From Nemertoderma westbladi (lineage: Eukaryota; Animalia; Xenacoelomorpha): 53,559 bases of DNA. Position 1 is the stretch's first letter; the number at the start of each line of letters is the position of its first letter. A program made the position numbers and the translations under genes. A model generated the notes under the pieces. It had not been told where the DNA came from. It was given only the letters and a program-made list of their open reading frames with translations, and did no database searches. The stretch spans positions 1 to 53,559 of the forward strand of contig JAUCBJ010005103.1 of assembly GCA_032718475.1 (NCBI GenBank), read 5' to 3'. This document shows positions 1-14,300 of this stretch, piece after piece.

Positions 1-435
1 TACATAAATAAATTCACCATAACGTTGAAGAGTGCTTCTTGGAGTTGGCGTATTAGAAAAAGAAAGGATTTTGATTACAAGTCAAGAATACTAACATTTG
101 TGAATGAAATCAACGTTTGAACAAGTTCTAACAGATTAGGACTACATATACGACGCAACAGTGATATATTCTAGAAAAATTCTTTATAATACTGAAATAA
201 CTTGCCATTTTCCGAACATATTATTTCTTATTCACAGCTACATTATATCAAAATACAAAAACAACGCCAACTGCCTGTCTAAGTAATGTTTTAATAGGAA
301 ATAAAAATATGTGTAGTAGTAGCCATGTGTAACAATTGCAAACGAAATCTGTTGCTTTGCCATGAAACAATAACGGTTGAATTGATCAACAAAGGTATGA
401 ATTATTGATTAAGAAGATCGACAAAAATATTAATG

Positions 436-3400
436 TTGAGACCTTGTGACTCAATTGGTAGATAAATGACTATAAACAGTTAATTATTGATGTGATCCCA
501 TGACTCAATTGGTCGATAAATGAATAATTATTGATGTGATCCCATGACTCAATTGGTCGATAAATGACTAGTTAATTATTGATGTGATCCCATGACTCAA
601 TTGGTCGAGAAATGAATAATTATTGATGTGATCTCATGACTCAATTGGTCGAGAAATGAATAGTTATTGATGTGATCCCATGACTCAATTGGTCGATAAA
701 TGAATAGTTATTGATGTGATCCCATGACTCAATTGGTCAATAAATGACTAGTTGTGATCCCTTGACTCAATCGGTCGATAAATGACTAGTTATTGATGTG
801 ATCCCATGACTCAATTGGTCGATAAATGACTAGTTATTGATGTGATCTCATGACTCAATTGGTCGATAAATGACTAGTTAATTATTGATGTGATCCCATG
901 ACTCAATTGGTCGAGAAATGAATAGTTATTGATGTGATCTCATGACTCAATTGGTCGATAAATGAATAGTTATTGATGTGATCTCATGACTCAATTGGTC
1001 GATAAATGACTAGTTAATTATTGATGTGATCCCATGACTCAATTGGTCGATAAATGACTAGTTATTGATGTGATCCCATGACTCAATTGGTCGATAAATG
1101 AATAGTTATTGATGTGATCCCTTGACTCAATCGGTCGATAAATGACTAGTTATTGATGTGATCCCATGACTCAATTGGTCGATAAATGACTAGTTATTGA
1201 TGTGATCTCATGACTCAATTGGTCGATAAATGACTAGTTAATTATTGATGTGATCCCATGACTCAATTGGTCGAGAAATGAATAGTTATTGATGTGATCT
1301 CATGACTCAATTGGTCGATAAATGAATAGTTATTGATGTGATCTCATGACTCAATTGGTCGATAAATGAATAGTTATTGATGTGATCCCATGACTCAATT
1401 GGTCGATAAATGACTAGTTATTGATGTGATCTCATGACTCAATTGGTCGATAAATGACTAGTTAATTATTGATGTGATCCCATGACTCAATTGGTCGAGA
1501 CATGAATAGTTATTGATGTGATCCCATGACTCAATTGGTCGATAAATGAATAGTTATTGATGTGATCCCATGACTCAATTGGTCGATAAATGACTAGTTA
1601 TTGATGTGATCCCTTGACTCAATCGGTCGATAAATGACTAGTTATTGATGTGATCCCATGACTCAATTGGTCGATAAATGACTAGTTATTGATGTGATCT
1701 CATGACTCAATTGGTCGATAAATGACTAGTTAATTATTGATGTGATCCCATGACTCAATTGGTCGAGAAATGAATAGTTATTGATGTGATCTCATGACTC
1801 AATTGGTCGATAAATGAATAGTTATTGATGTGATCTCATGACTCAATTGGTCGATAAATGAATAGTTATTGATGTGATCCCATGACTCAATTGGTCGATA
1901 AATGACTAGTTATTGATGTGATCTCATGACTCAATTGGTCGATAAATGACTAGTTAATTATTGATGTGATCCCATGACTCAATTGGTCGAGAAATGAATA
2001 GTTATTGATGTGATCCCATGACTCAATTGGTCGATAAATGAAGAGTTATTGATGTGATCCCATGACTCAATTGGTCGATAAATGAATAGTTATTGATGTG
2101 ATCCCATGACTCAATTGGTCGATAAATGACTAGTTATTGATGTGATCTCATGACTCAATTGGTCGATAAATGAATAGTTATTGATGTGATCCCATGACTC
2201 AATTGGTCGATAAATGACTAGTTAATTATTGATGTGATCCCATGACTCAATTGGTCGAGAAATGAATAGTTATTGATGTGATCCCATGACTCAATTGGTC
2301 GAGAAATGAATAGTTATTGATGTGATCCCATGACTCAATTAGTCGATAAATGACTAGTTATTGATGTGATCTCATGACTCAATTGGTCGATAAAAGACTA
2401 GTTATTGATGTGATCCCATGACTCAATTGGTCGATAAATGACTAGTTAATTATTGATGTGATCCCATGACTCAATTGGTCGAGAAATTAATAGTTATTGA
2501 TGTGATCCCATGACTCAATTGGTCGATAAATGAATAGTTATTGATGTGATCCCATGACTCAATTGGTCGATAAATGAATAGTTATTGATGTGATCCCATG
2601 ACTCAATTGGTCGATAAATGACTAGTTATTGATGTGATCTCATGACTCAATTGGTCGATAAATGAATAGTTATTGATGTGATCCCATGACTCAATTGGTC
2701 GATAAATGACTAGTTATTGATGTGATCCCATGACTCAATTGGTCGATAAATGACTAGTTATTGATGTGATCCCATGACTCAATTGGTCGATAAATGACTA
2801 GTTATTGATGTGATCTCATGACTCAATTGGTCGATAAATGACTAGTTATTGATGTGATCCCATGACTCAATTGGTCGATAAATGAATAGTTATTGATGTG
2901 ATCCCATGACTCAATTGGTCGATAAATGACTAGTTATTGATGTGATCCCATGACTCAATTGGTCGATAAATGAATAGTTATTGATGTGATCACATAACTC
3001 AATTGGTCGATAAATGAGATGTGATCCCATGACTCAATTGGTCGATAAATGACTAGTTATTGATGTGATCCCATGACTCAATTGGTCGATAAATGACTAG
3101 TTATTGATGTGATCCCATGACTCAATTGGTCGATAAATGACTAGTTATTGATGTGATCCCATGACTCAATTGGTCGATAAATGACTAGTTATTGATGTGA
3201 TCTCATGACTCAATTGGTCGATAAATGTCTAGTTATTGATGTGATCCCATGACTCAATTGGTCGATAAATGAATAGTTATTGATGTGATCCCATGACTCA
3301 ATTGGTAAATAAATGACTAGTTATTGATTGATGTGATCCCATGACTCAATTGGTAAATAAATGACTAGTTATTGATGTGATCCCATGACTCAATTGGTCG

Positions 3401-3645
3401 ATAAATGACTAGTTATTGATGTGATCCCATGACTCAATTGGTCGATAAATGAATAGTTATTGATGTGATCCCATAACTCAATTGGTCGATAAATGACTAG
3501 TTAGTTATTGATGTGATCCGTGATCCCATAACTCAATTGGTCGATAAATGAGATGTGATCCCATGACTCAATTGGTCGATAAATGACTAGTTATTGATGA
3601 TGTGATCCCATGACTAAATTGGTCGAAAAAGGACTAGTTAGTTAT
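436..3645. repeat. Tandem satellite 1, 44 bp unit (gatgtgatcccatgactcaattggtcgataaatgactagttatt), about 70 copies, with 48 bp variants carrying a 4 bp 'aatt' insertion
   Basis: Directly visible head-to-tail repeats, degenerate at both edges. Lies about 35 nt downstream (minus sense) of the donor site at 3680. Confidence 0.97.
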
Positions 3646-3680
3646 TCATTGATGACGGATGATTGGCAGTTGATACGTAC

Positions 3681-3832
3681 CAACTCGCAGTTTTCCCCCG
3701 AATATCCAGGGTTGCACATACACACCCCATCCCAGGGTTGGGGAACACCGTTTATACACGAGGCTTCGCGGGAACAACTTGGTCCATATCGCTGACCAGT
3801 ACACGATTCCCGACAGCTAGGCCCCCAGAAAC
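3681..3832 (-). CDS. Host gene exon: EGF / laminin-EGF-like repeats (MEGF10/11/Draper-like)
   Basis: Acceptor ttccag and donor gtacgt; 152 nt, phase 1/0. Translates (G)FWGPSCRESCTGQRYGPSCSREASCINGVPQPWDGVCMCNPGYSGENCEL, with the CxCxPGYxGxxC EGF signature. Confidence 0.9.
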
Positions 3833-4934
3833 CTGGAATATTATAGAAGACACAGATTTAATGACGACTTTAGGATAATATATTTTTTGTACTATATTTT
3901 TTATTTTTATATTTTATTTATTATTTTTATATTTTATATTTATCAATTTATGTATATTTAAAAGAAAAAAAATGTTATAGATCTTAATAATAATAGGCCT
4001 AATAATGCCCAAATTGAGTTAGATTGCGCTCTTTAAATCAAAAATGCTTATTACCCACGCCACGGGTGCTTGTAGTCATCGGTCAGAGATTCACTCACTA
4101 ACTATTAATTAATGGATGAATTAACAAATTCAATAATAATGCCCAGTCGTCGGTCTGACGTTTTGTCAAAGAATAATAAAAGTAATGTTATTAATTATTA
4201 ATTAATTAATGTTATTCGATAAAATAAGGTTGGGAAGTAACCTTATTACAACTGTAGTCTAATCTAAATGGACCCATATTATATGCGGGACTGCTAAATA
4301 ATTAATTTTGTTTTTTATTATAAAGTATGTACGGATTTTTATTTATTTATCGAAGAACAGTGACAGTGAAATAAAATTATCGCCAGAGACGAAACGGTTT
4401 CCATTAATTAGTAAACATTGCATTGTGTATCAAAATAAATTATTATTTCAATTCTAATAATTTATTAATTAAACTGGTGAGCCGATTCTTGCATTATAGT
4501 GTATTGCTCTGGCTCAATCCTAATTTTTATCAGATCATTCGATATAAATTACGACCCTTCCGCTAAAAGCAAAACAAAATCAATCCTGGGATTGATATAC
4601 ATTTCAGAATAATTATTGTATGTATTTCGACACCTGCTTGCTTTGATTGATGAAATTTCGATGGAAAAATGAAAACCTGGTGCTGTTCATATTGGCCCTT
4701 TTAACAATTAAAACTCTCTACTTACTTTATAATCAAGACACCAATAAAAAAAAATTGTTTAAAGTGAACATAAATAATGTTACTTTCTACAGGTAACAGG
4801 GGTAGGATTATGGTGGTTCATGGCGGCCAATTTACGCTACGTTATCCACTAGTGTGTGACCATCACGAGTATTTTTGGTTATCAGGGATTATTATAAACT
4901 GGTTGGGATATATTTACCGTGGAAATAAACTCAC

Positions 4935-5123
4935 CGTCTGGACATATACACCGACCAAATACATGGTCGCACAATATCCCGATGTCACAGTCACAACGTT
5001 GTTGACATTTGTAACCAAAGTAACCCGAGCGACATGTCAGCTCACAGCTGTCACCATAATAACCATTTTGGCATCGGCACCTGTTAGAAACACATGTTCC
5101 ACCATTTTGGCAATCGCAGTTAC
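4935..5123 (-). CDS. Host gene exon: EGF-like repeats
   Basis: Acceptor attatag and donor gtgagt; 189 nt, phase 1/1. Translates (C)NCDCQNGGTCVSNRCRCQNGYYGDSCELTCRSGYFGYKCQQRCDCDIGILCDHVFGRCICPD(G) and joins in frame to 3681-3832. Confidence 0.92.
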
Positions 5124-5208
5124 CTATAATATTAACGGAATATTTTGCATGGATGGGATTTAGAAAGATTCTGCAGTCTGCATCCTATTATTTATTGTTT
5201 TCACTTAC

Positions 5209-5287
5209 AATTTGTTACGCTGATTTGCAATCTAATTGTGTCAACCATCAAATAAAGTTTCATAATCGAATTAGCAAGAAATCGGAA
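5209..5287 (-). CDS. Host gene exon: C-terminal strands of a putative cadherin-like domain
   Basis: Acceptor gtttcag and donor gtaagt; 79 nt, phase 0/1. Translates FRFLANSIMKLYLMVDTIRLQISVTN. The split codon T|GT makes Cys in frame with the next exon across an 85 nt intron. Confidence 0.75.
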
Positions 5288-5336
5288 CTGAAACGATGGC
5301 AAATAAAGTTCCGAAGTTTGGTGGAAATATAAAACT

Positions 5337-8300
5337 AGTCTCTACTACACACTATATGCTGACTCCAACTGAGACTCTCGGTCTACTACACACTATACGC
5401 TGACTCCAACTGAGACTCTCGGTCTACTACACACTATACGCTGACTCCAACTGAGACTCTCGGTCTACTACACACTATACGCTGACTCCAACTGAGACTC
5501 TCGATCTACTACACACTATACGTTGACTCCAACTGAGACCCTCGATCTACTACACACTATACGCTGACTCCAACTGAGACTCTCGGTCTACTACACACTA
5601 TATGCTGACTCCAACTGAGACTCTCGGTCTACTACACACTATACGCTGACTCCAACTGAGACTCTCGGTCTACTACACACTATACGCTGACTCCAACTGA
5701 GACTCTCGGTCTACTACACACTATACGCTGACTCCAACTGAGACTCTCGGTCTACTACACACTATACGCTGACTCCAACTGAGACTCTCGGTCTACTACA
5801 CACTATACGCTGACTCCAACTGAGACACTCGGTCTACTACACACTATACGCTGACTCCGACTGAGACTCTCGGTCTACTATACACTATACGCTGACTCCG
5901 ACTGAGACTCTCGGTCTACTACACACTATACGCTGACTCCAACTGAGACTCTCGGTCTACTACACACTATACGTTGACTCCAACTGAGACTCTCGGGCTA
6001 CTACACACTATACGCTAACTCCAACTGAGACTCTCGGTCTACTATACACTATACGCTGACTCCAACTGAGACTCTCGGTCTACTACACACTATACGCTGA
6101 CTCCAACTGAGACTCTCGGTCTACTACACACTATACGTTGACTCCAACTGAGACTCTCGGTCTACTACACACTATACGCTGAATCCAACTGAGACTCTCG
6201 GTCTACTACACACTATACACTGACTCCAACTGAGACTCTCGGTCTACTACACACTATACGCTAACTCCAACTGAGACTCTCGGTCTACTACACACTATAC
6301 GTTGACTCCAACTGAGACTCTCGGTCTACTACACACTATACGCTGACTCCAACTGAGACACTCGGTCTACTACACACTATACGCTGACTCCGACTGAGAC
6401 TCTCGGTCTACTATACACTATACGCTGACTCCGACTGAGACTCTCGGTCTACTATACACTATACGCTAACTCCAACTGAGACTCTCGGTCTACTACACAC
6501 TATACGTTGACTCCAACTGAGACTCTCGGTCTACTACACACTATACGCTGAATCCAACTGAGACTCTCGGTCTACTACACACTATACACTGACTCCAACT
6601 GAGACTCTCGGTCTACTACACACTATACGCTAACTCCAACTGAGACTCTCGGTCTACTACACACTATACGTTGACTCCAACTGAGACTCTCGGTCTACTA
6701 CACACTATACGTTAACTCACTCCAACTGAGACTCTCGGTCTACTACACACTATACGCTAACTCCAACTGAGACTCTCGGGCTACTACACACTATACGCTG
6801 ACTCCGACTGAGACTCTCGGTCTACTATACACTATACGCTAACTCCAACTGAGACTCTCGGTCTACTACACACTATACGTTGACTCCAACTGAGACTCTC
6901 GGTCTACTACACACTATACGCTGAATCCAACTGAGACTCTCGGTCTACTACACACTATACACTGACTCCAACTGAGACTCTCGGTCTACTACACACTATA
7001 CGCTAACTCCAACTGAGACTCTCGGTCTACTACACACTATACGCTGACTCCAACTGAGACTCTCGGTCTACTACACACTATACGCTGACTCCAACTGAGA
7101 CTCTCGGTCTACTACACACTATACGCTGACTCCAACTGAGACACTCGGTCTACTACACACTATACGCTGACTCCGACTGAGACTCTCGGTCTACTATACA
7201 CTATACGCTGACTCCGACTGAGACTCTCGGTCTACTACACACTATACGCTAACTCCAACTGAGACTCTCGGTCTACTACACACTATACGTTGACTCCAAC
7301 TGAGACTCTCGGTCTACTACACACTATACGTTAACTCACTCCAACTGAGACTCTCGGTCTACTACACACTATACGCTAACTCCAACTGAGACTCTCGGGC
7401 TACTACACACTATACGTTGACTCCAACTGAGACCCTCGATCTACTACACACTATACGTTGACTCCAACTGAGACTCTCGGTCTACTACACACTATACGCT
7501 GACTCCAACTGAGACTCTCGGTCTACTACACACTATACGCTGACTCCAACTGAGACTCTCGGTCTACTACACACTATACATTGACTCCAACTGAGACTCT
7601 CGGTCTACTACACACTATACGCTGACTCCAACTGAGACTCTCGGGCTACTACACACTATACGCTGACTCCAACTGAGACTCTCGGTCTACTACACACTAT
7701 ACGTTGACTCCAACTGAGACTCTCGGTCTACTACACACTATACGCTGACTCCAACTGAGACACTCGGTCTACTACACACTATACGCTGACTCCGACTGAG
7801 ACTCTCGGTCTACTATACACTATACGCTGACTCCGACTGAGACTCTCGGTCTACTATACACTATACGCTAACTCCAACTGAGACTCTCGGTCTACTACAC
7901 ACTATACGTTGACTCCAACTGAGACTCTCGGTCTACTACACACTATACGCTGAATCCAACTGAGACTCTCGGTCTACTACACACTATACACTGACTCCAA
8001 CTGAGACTCTCTGTCTACCACACACTATACGCTGACTCCAACTGAGACTCTCGGTCTACTACACACTATACATTAACTCCAACTGAGACTCTCGGTCTAC
8101 TACACACTATACGTTGACTCCAACTGAGACTCTCGGTCTACTACACACTATACGTTGACTCCAACTGAGACTCTCGGTCTACTACACACTATACGTTGAC
8201 TCCAACTGAGACTCTCGGTCTACTACACACTATACATTGACTCCAACTGAGACTCTCGGTCTCCTACACACTATACGCTGACTCCAACTGAGACTCTCGG

Positions 8301-11300
8301 TCTACTACACACTATACGTTGACTCCAACTGAGACACTCGGTCTACTACACACTATACGTTGACTCCAACTGAGACTCTCGGTCTACTACACACTATACG
8401 CTGACTCCAACTGAGACTCTCGGTCTACTACACACTATACATTGACTCCAACTGAGACTCTCGGTCTCCTACACACTATACGCTGACTCCAACTGAGACT
8501 CTCGGTCTACTACACACTATACATTAACTCCAACTGAGACTCTCGGTCTACTACACACTATACGTTGACTCCAACTGAGACTCTCGGTCTACTACACACT
8601 ATACGTTGACTCCAACTGAGACTCTCGGTCTACTACACACTATACGCTGACTCCAACTGAGACTCTCGGTCTACTACACACTATACGTTGACTCCAACTG
8701 AGACTCTCGGTCTACTACACACTATACGTTAACTCACTCCAACTGAGACTCTCGGTCTACTACACACTATACGCTAACTCCAACTGAGACTCTCGGGCTA
8801 CTACACACTATACGCTGACTCCGACTGAGACTCTCGGTCTACTATACACTATACGCTAACTCCAACTGAGACTCTCGGTCTACTACACACTATACATTGA
8901 CTCCAACTGAGACTCTCGGTCTCCTACACACTATACGCTGACTCCAACTGAGACTCTCGGTCTACTACACACTATACATTAACTCCAACTGAGACTCTCG
9001 GTCTACTACACACTATACGTTGACTCCAACTGAGACTCTCGGTCTACTACACACTATACGTTGACTCCAACTGAGACTCTCGGTCTACTACACACTATAC
9101 GCTGACTCCAACTGAGACTCTCGGTCTACTACACACTATACATTGACTCCAACTGAGACTCTCGGTCTACTACACACTATACGTTGACTCCAACTGAGAC
9201 TCTCGGTCTACTACACACTATACGTTGACTCCAACTGAGACTCTCGGTCTACTATACACTATACGCTGACTCCAACTGAGACTCTCGGTCTACTACACAC
9301 TATACATTGACTCCAACTGAGACTCTCGGTCTACTACACACTATACGTTGACTCCAACTGAGACTCTCGGTCTACTACACACTATACATTAACTCCAACT
9401 GAGACTCTCGGTCTCCTACACACTATACGCTGACTCCAACTGAGACTCTCGGTCTACTACACACTATACATTAACTCCAACTGAGACTCTCGGTCTACTA
9501 CACACTATACATTGACTCCAACTGAGACTCTCGGTCTCCTACACACTATACGCTGACTCCAACTGAGACTCTCGGTCTACTACACACTATACATTAACTC
9601 CAACTGAGACTCTCGGTCTACTACACACTATACGTTGACTCCAACTGAGACTCTCGGTCTACTACACACTATACGTTGACTCCAACTGAGACTCTCGGTC
9701 TACTACACACTATACGCTGACTCCAACTGAGACTCTCGGTCTACTACACACTATACATTGACTCCAACTGAGACTCTCGGTCTCCTACACACTATACGCT
9801 GACTCCAACTGAGACTCTCGGTCTACTACACACTATACATTAACTCCAACTGAGACTCTCGGTCTACTACACACTATACGTTGACTCCAACTGAGACTCT
9901 CGGTCTACTACACACTATACGTTGACTCCAACTGAGACTCTCGGTCTACTACACACTATACGCTGACTCCAACTGAGACTCTCGGTCTACTACACACTAT
10001 ACATTGACTCCAACTGAGACTCTCGGTCTCCTACACACTATACGCTGACTCCAACTGAGACTCTCGGTCTACTACACACTATACATTAACTCCAACTGAG
10101 ACTCTCGGTCTACTACACACTATACGTTGACTCCAACTGAGACTCTCGGTCTACTACACACTATACGTTGACTCCAACTGAGACTCTCGGTCTACTACAC
10201 ACTATACGCTGACTCCAACTGAGACTCTCGGTCTACTACACACTATACGCTGACTCCAACTGAGACTCTCGGTCTACCACACACTATACGTTGACTCCAA
10301 CTGAGACCCTCGGTCTACTACACACTATACATTGACTCCAACTGAGACTCTCGGTCTACTACACACTATACGCTGACTCCAACTGAGACTCTCGGTCTAC
10401 CACACACTATACGTTGACTCCAACTGAGACCCTCGGTCTACTACACACTATACATTGACTCCAACTGAGACTCTCGGTCTACTACACACTATACGTTGAC
10501 TCCAACTGAGACTCTCGGTCTACTACACACTATACGTTGACTCCAACTGAGACTCTCGGTCTACCACACACTATACGTTGACTCCAACTGAGACTCTCTG
10601 TCTACCACACACTATACGCTGACTCCAACTGAGACTCTCGGTCTACTACACACTATACATTGACTCCAACTGAGACTCTCTGTCTACCACACACTATACG
10701 CTGACTCCAACTGAGACTCTCTGTCTACCACACACTATACGCTGACTCCAACTGAGACTCTCGGTCTACCACACACTATACGTTGACTCCAACTGAGACT
10801 CTCTGTCTACCACACACTATACGCTGACTCCAACTGAGACTCTCGGTCTACTACACACTATACATTGACTCCAACTGAGACTCTCTGTCTACCACACACT
10901 ATACGCTGACTCCAACTGAGACTCTCGGTCTACTACACACTATACGTTGACTCCAACTGAGACTCTCGGTCTACCACACACTATACGTTGACTCCAACTG
11001 AGACTCTCTGTCTACCACACACTATACGCTGACTCCAACTGAGACTCTCGGTCTACTACACACTATACATTGACTCCAACTGAGACTCTCTGTCTACCAC
11101 ACACTATACGCTGACTCCAACTGAGACTCTCGGTCTACTACACACTATACGCTGACTCCAACTGAGACTCTCGGTCTACCACACACTATACGTTGACTCC
11201 AACTGAGACCCTCGGTCTACTACACACTATACATTGACTCCAACTGAGACTCTCGGTCTACTACACACTATACGTTGACTCCAACTGAGACTCTCGGTCT

Positions 11301-14300
11301 ACTACACACTATACGTTGACTCCAACTGAGACTCTCGGTCTACCACACACTATACGTTGACTCCAACTGAGACTCTCTGTCTACCACACACTATACGCTG
11401 ACTCCAACTGAGACTCTCGGTCTACTACACACTATACATTGACTCCAACTGAGACTCTCTGTCTACCACACACTATACGCTGACTCCAACTGAGACTCTC
11501 TGTCTACCACACACTATACGCTGACTCCAACTGAGACTCTCGGTCTACTACACACTATACGCTGACTCCAACTGAGACTCTCGGGCTACTACACACTATA
11601 CGCTGACTCCAACTGAGACTCTCGGTCTACTACACACTATACATTAACTCCAACTGAGACTCTCGGTCTACTACACACTATACGTTGACTCCAACTGAGA
11701 CTCTCGGTCTACTACACACTATACGTTGACTCCAACTGAGACTCTCGGTCTACTACACACTATACGCTGACTCCAACTGAGACACTCGGTCTACTACACA
11801 CTATACGCTGACTCCGACTGAGACTCTCGGTCTACTATACACTATACGCTGACTCCGACTGAGACTCTCGGTCTACTATACACTATACGCTAACTCCAAC
11901 TGAGACTCTCGGTCTACTACACACTATACGTTGACTCCAACTGAGACTCTCGGTCTACTACACACTATACGCTGAATCCAACTGAGACTCTCGGTCTACT
12001 ACACACTATACACTGACTCCAACTGAGACTCTCGGTCTACTACACACTATACGCTAACTCCAACTGAGACTCTCGGTCTACTACACACTATACGTTGACT
12101 CCAACTGAGACTCTCGGTCTACTACACACTATACGTTAACTCACTCCAACTGAGACTCTCGGTCTACTACACACTATACGCTAACTCCAACTGAGACTCT
12201 CGGGCTACTACACACTATACGCTGACTCCGACTGAGACTCTCGGTCTACTATACACTATACGCTAACTCCAACTGAGACTCTCGGTCTACTACACACTAT
12301 ACGTTGACTCCAACTGAGACTCTCGGTCTACTACACACTATACGCTGAATCCAACTGAGACTCTCGGTCTACTACACACTATACACTGACTCCAACTGAG
12401 ACTCTCGGTCTACTACACACTATACGCTAACTCCAACTGAGACTCTCGGTCTACTACACACTATACGCTGACTCCAACTGAGACTCTCGGTCTACTACAC
12501 ACTATACGCTGACTCCAACTGAGACTCTCGGTCTACTACACACTATACGCTGACTCCAACTGAGACACTCGGTCTACTACACACTATACGCTGACTCCGA
12601 CTGAGACTCTCGGTCTACTATACACTATACGCTGACTCCGACTGAGACTCTCGGTCTACTACACACTATACGCTAACTCCAACTGAGACTCTCGGTCTAC
12701 TACACACTATACGTTGACTCCAACTGAGACTCTCGGTCTACTACACACTATACGTTAACTCACTCCAACTGAGACTCTCGGTCTACTACACACTATACAC
12801 TAACTCCAACTGAGACTCTCGGGCTACTACACACTATACGTTGACTCCAACTGAGACCCTCGATCTACTACACACTATACGTTGACTCCAACTGAGACTC
12901 TCGGTCTACTACACACTATACGCTGACTCCAACTGAGACTCTCGGTCTACTACACACTATACGCTGACTCCAACTGAGACTCTCGGTCTACTACACACTA
13001 TACATTGACTCCAACTGAGACTCTCGGTCTACTACACACTATACGCTGACTCCAACTGAGACTCTCGGGCTACTACACACTATACGCTGACTCCAACTGA
13101 GACTCTCGGTCTACTACACACTATACGTTGACTCCAACTGAGACTCTCGGTCTACTACACACTATACGCTGACTCCAACTGAGACACTCGGTCTACTACA
13201 CACTATACGCTGACTCCGACTGAGACTCTCGGTCTACTATACACTATACGCTGACTCCGACTGAGACTCTCGGTCTACTATACACTATACGCTAACTCCA
13301 ACTGAGACTCTCGGTCTACTACACACTATACGTTGACTCCAACTGAGACTCTCGGTCTACTACACACTATACGCTGAATCCAACTGAGACTCTCGGTCTA
13401 CTACACACTATACACTGACTCCAACTGAGACTCTCGGTCTACTACACACTATACGCTAACTCCAACTGAGACTCTCGGTCTACTACACACTATACGTTGA
13501 CTCCAACTGAGACTCTCGGTCTACTACACACTATACGTTAACTCACTCCAACTGAGACTATCGGTCTACTACACACTATACGTTGACTCCAACTGAGACT
13601 CTCGGGCTACTACACACTATACGCTAACTCCAACTGAGACTCTCGGTCTACTACACACTATACGCTGAATCCAACTGAGACTCTCGGTCTACTACACACT
13701 ATACACTGACTCCAACTGAGACTCTCGGTCTACTACACACTATACGCTAACTCCAACTGAGACTCTCGGTCTACTACACACTATACGTTGACTCCAACTG
13801 AGACTCTCGGTCTACTACACACTATACGTTAACTCACTCCAACTGAGACTATCGGTCTACTACACACTATACGTTGACTCCAACTGAGACTCTCGGGCTA
13901 CTACACACTATACGCTAACTCCAACTGAGACTCTCGGTCTACTATACACTATACGCTGACTCCAACTGAGACTCTCGGTCTACTACACACTATACGCTGA
14001 CTCCAACTGAGACTCTCGGTCTACTACACACTATACGCTGACTCCAACTGAGACTCTCGGTCTACTACACACTATACGCTGACTCCAACTGAGACACTCG
14101 GTCTACTACACACTATACGCTGACTCCGACTGAGACTCTCGGTCTACTATACACTATACGCTGACTCCGACTGAGACTCTCGGTCTACTATACACTATAC
14201 GCTAACTCCAACTGAGACTCTCGGTCTACTACACACTATACGTTGACTCCAACTGAGACTCTCGGTCTACTACACACTATACGTTGACTCCAACTGAGAC

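Noticed and set aside
170-200. Possible terminal exon (ttatttcag then YYKEFF-stop) of the host gene
   Set aside because: Only a splice-like motif in AT-rich DNA, with no independent support.
4777-5163. Plus-strand 128 aa ORF, and likewise 3610..3795 and 3663..3878
   Set aside because: Antisense shadows of the minus-strand EGF exons.
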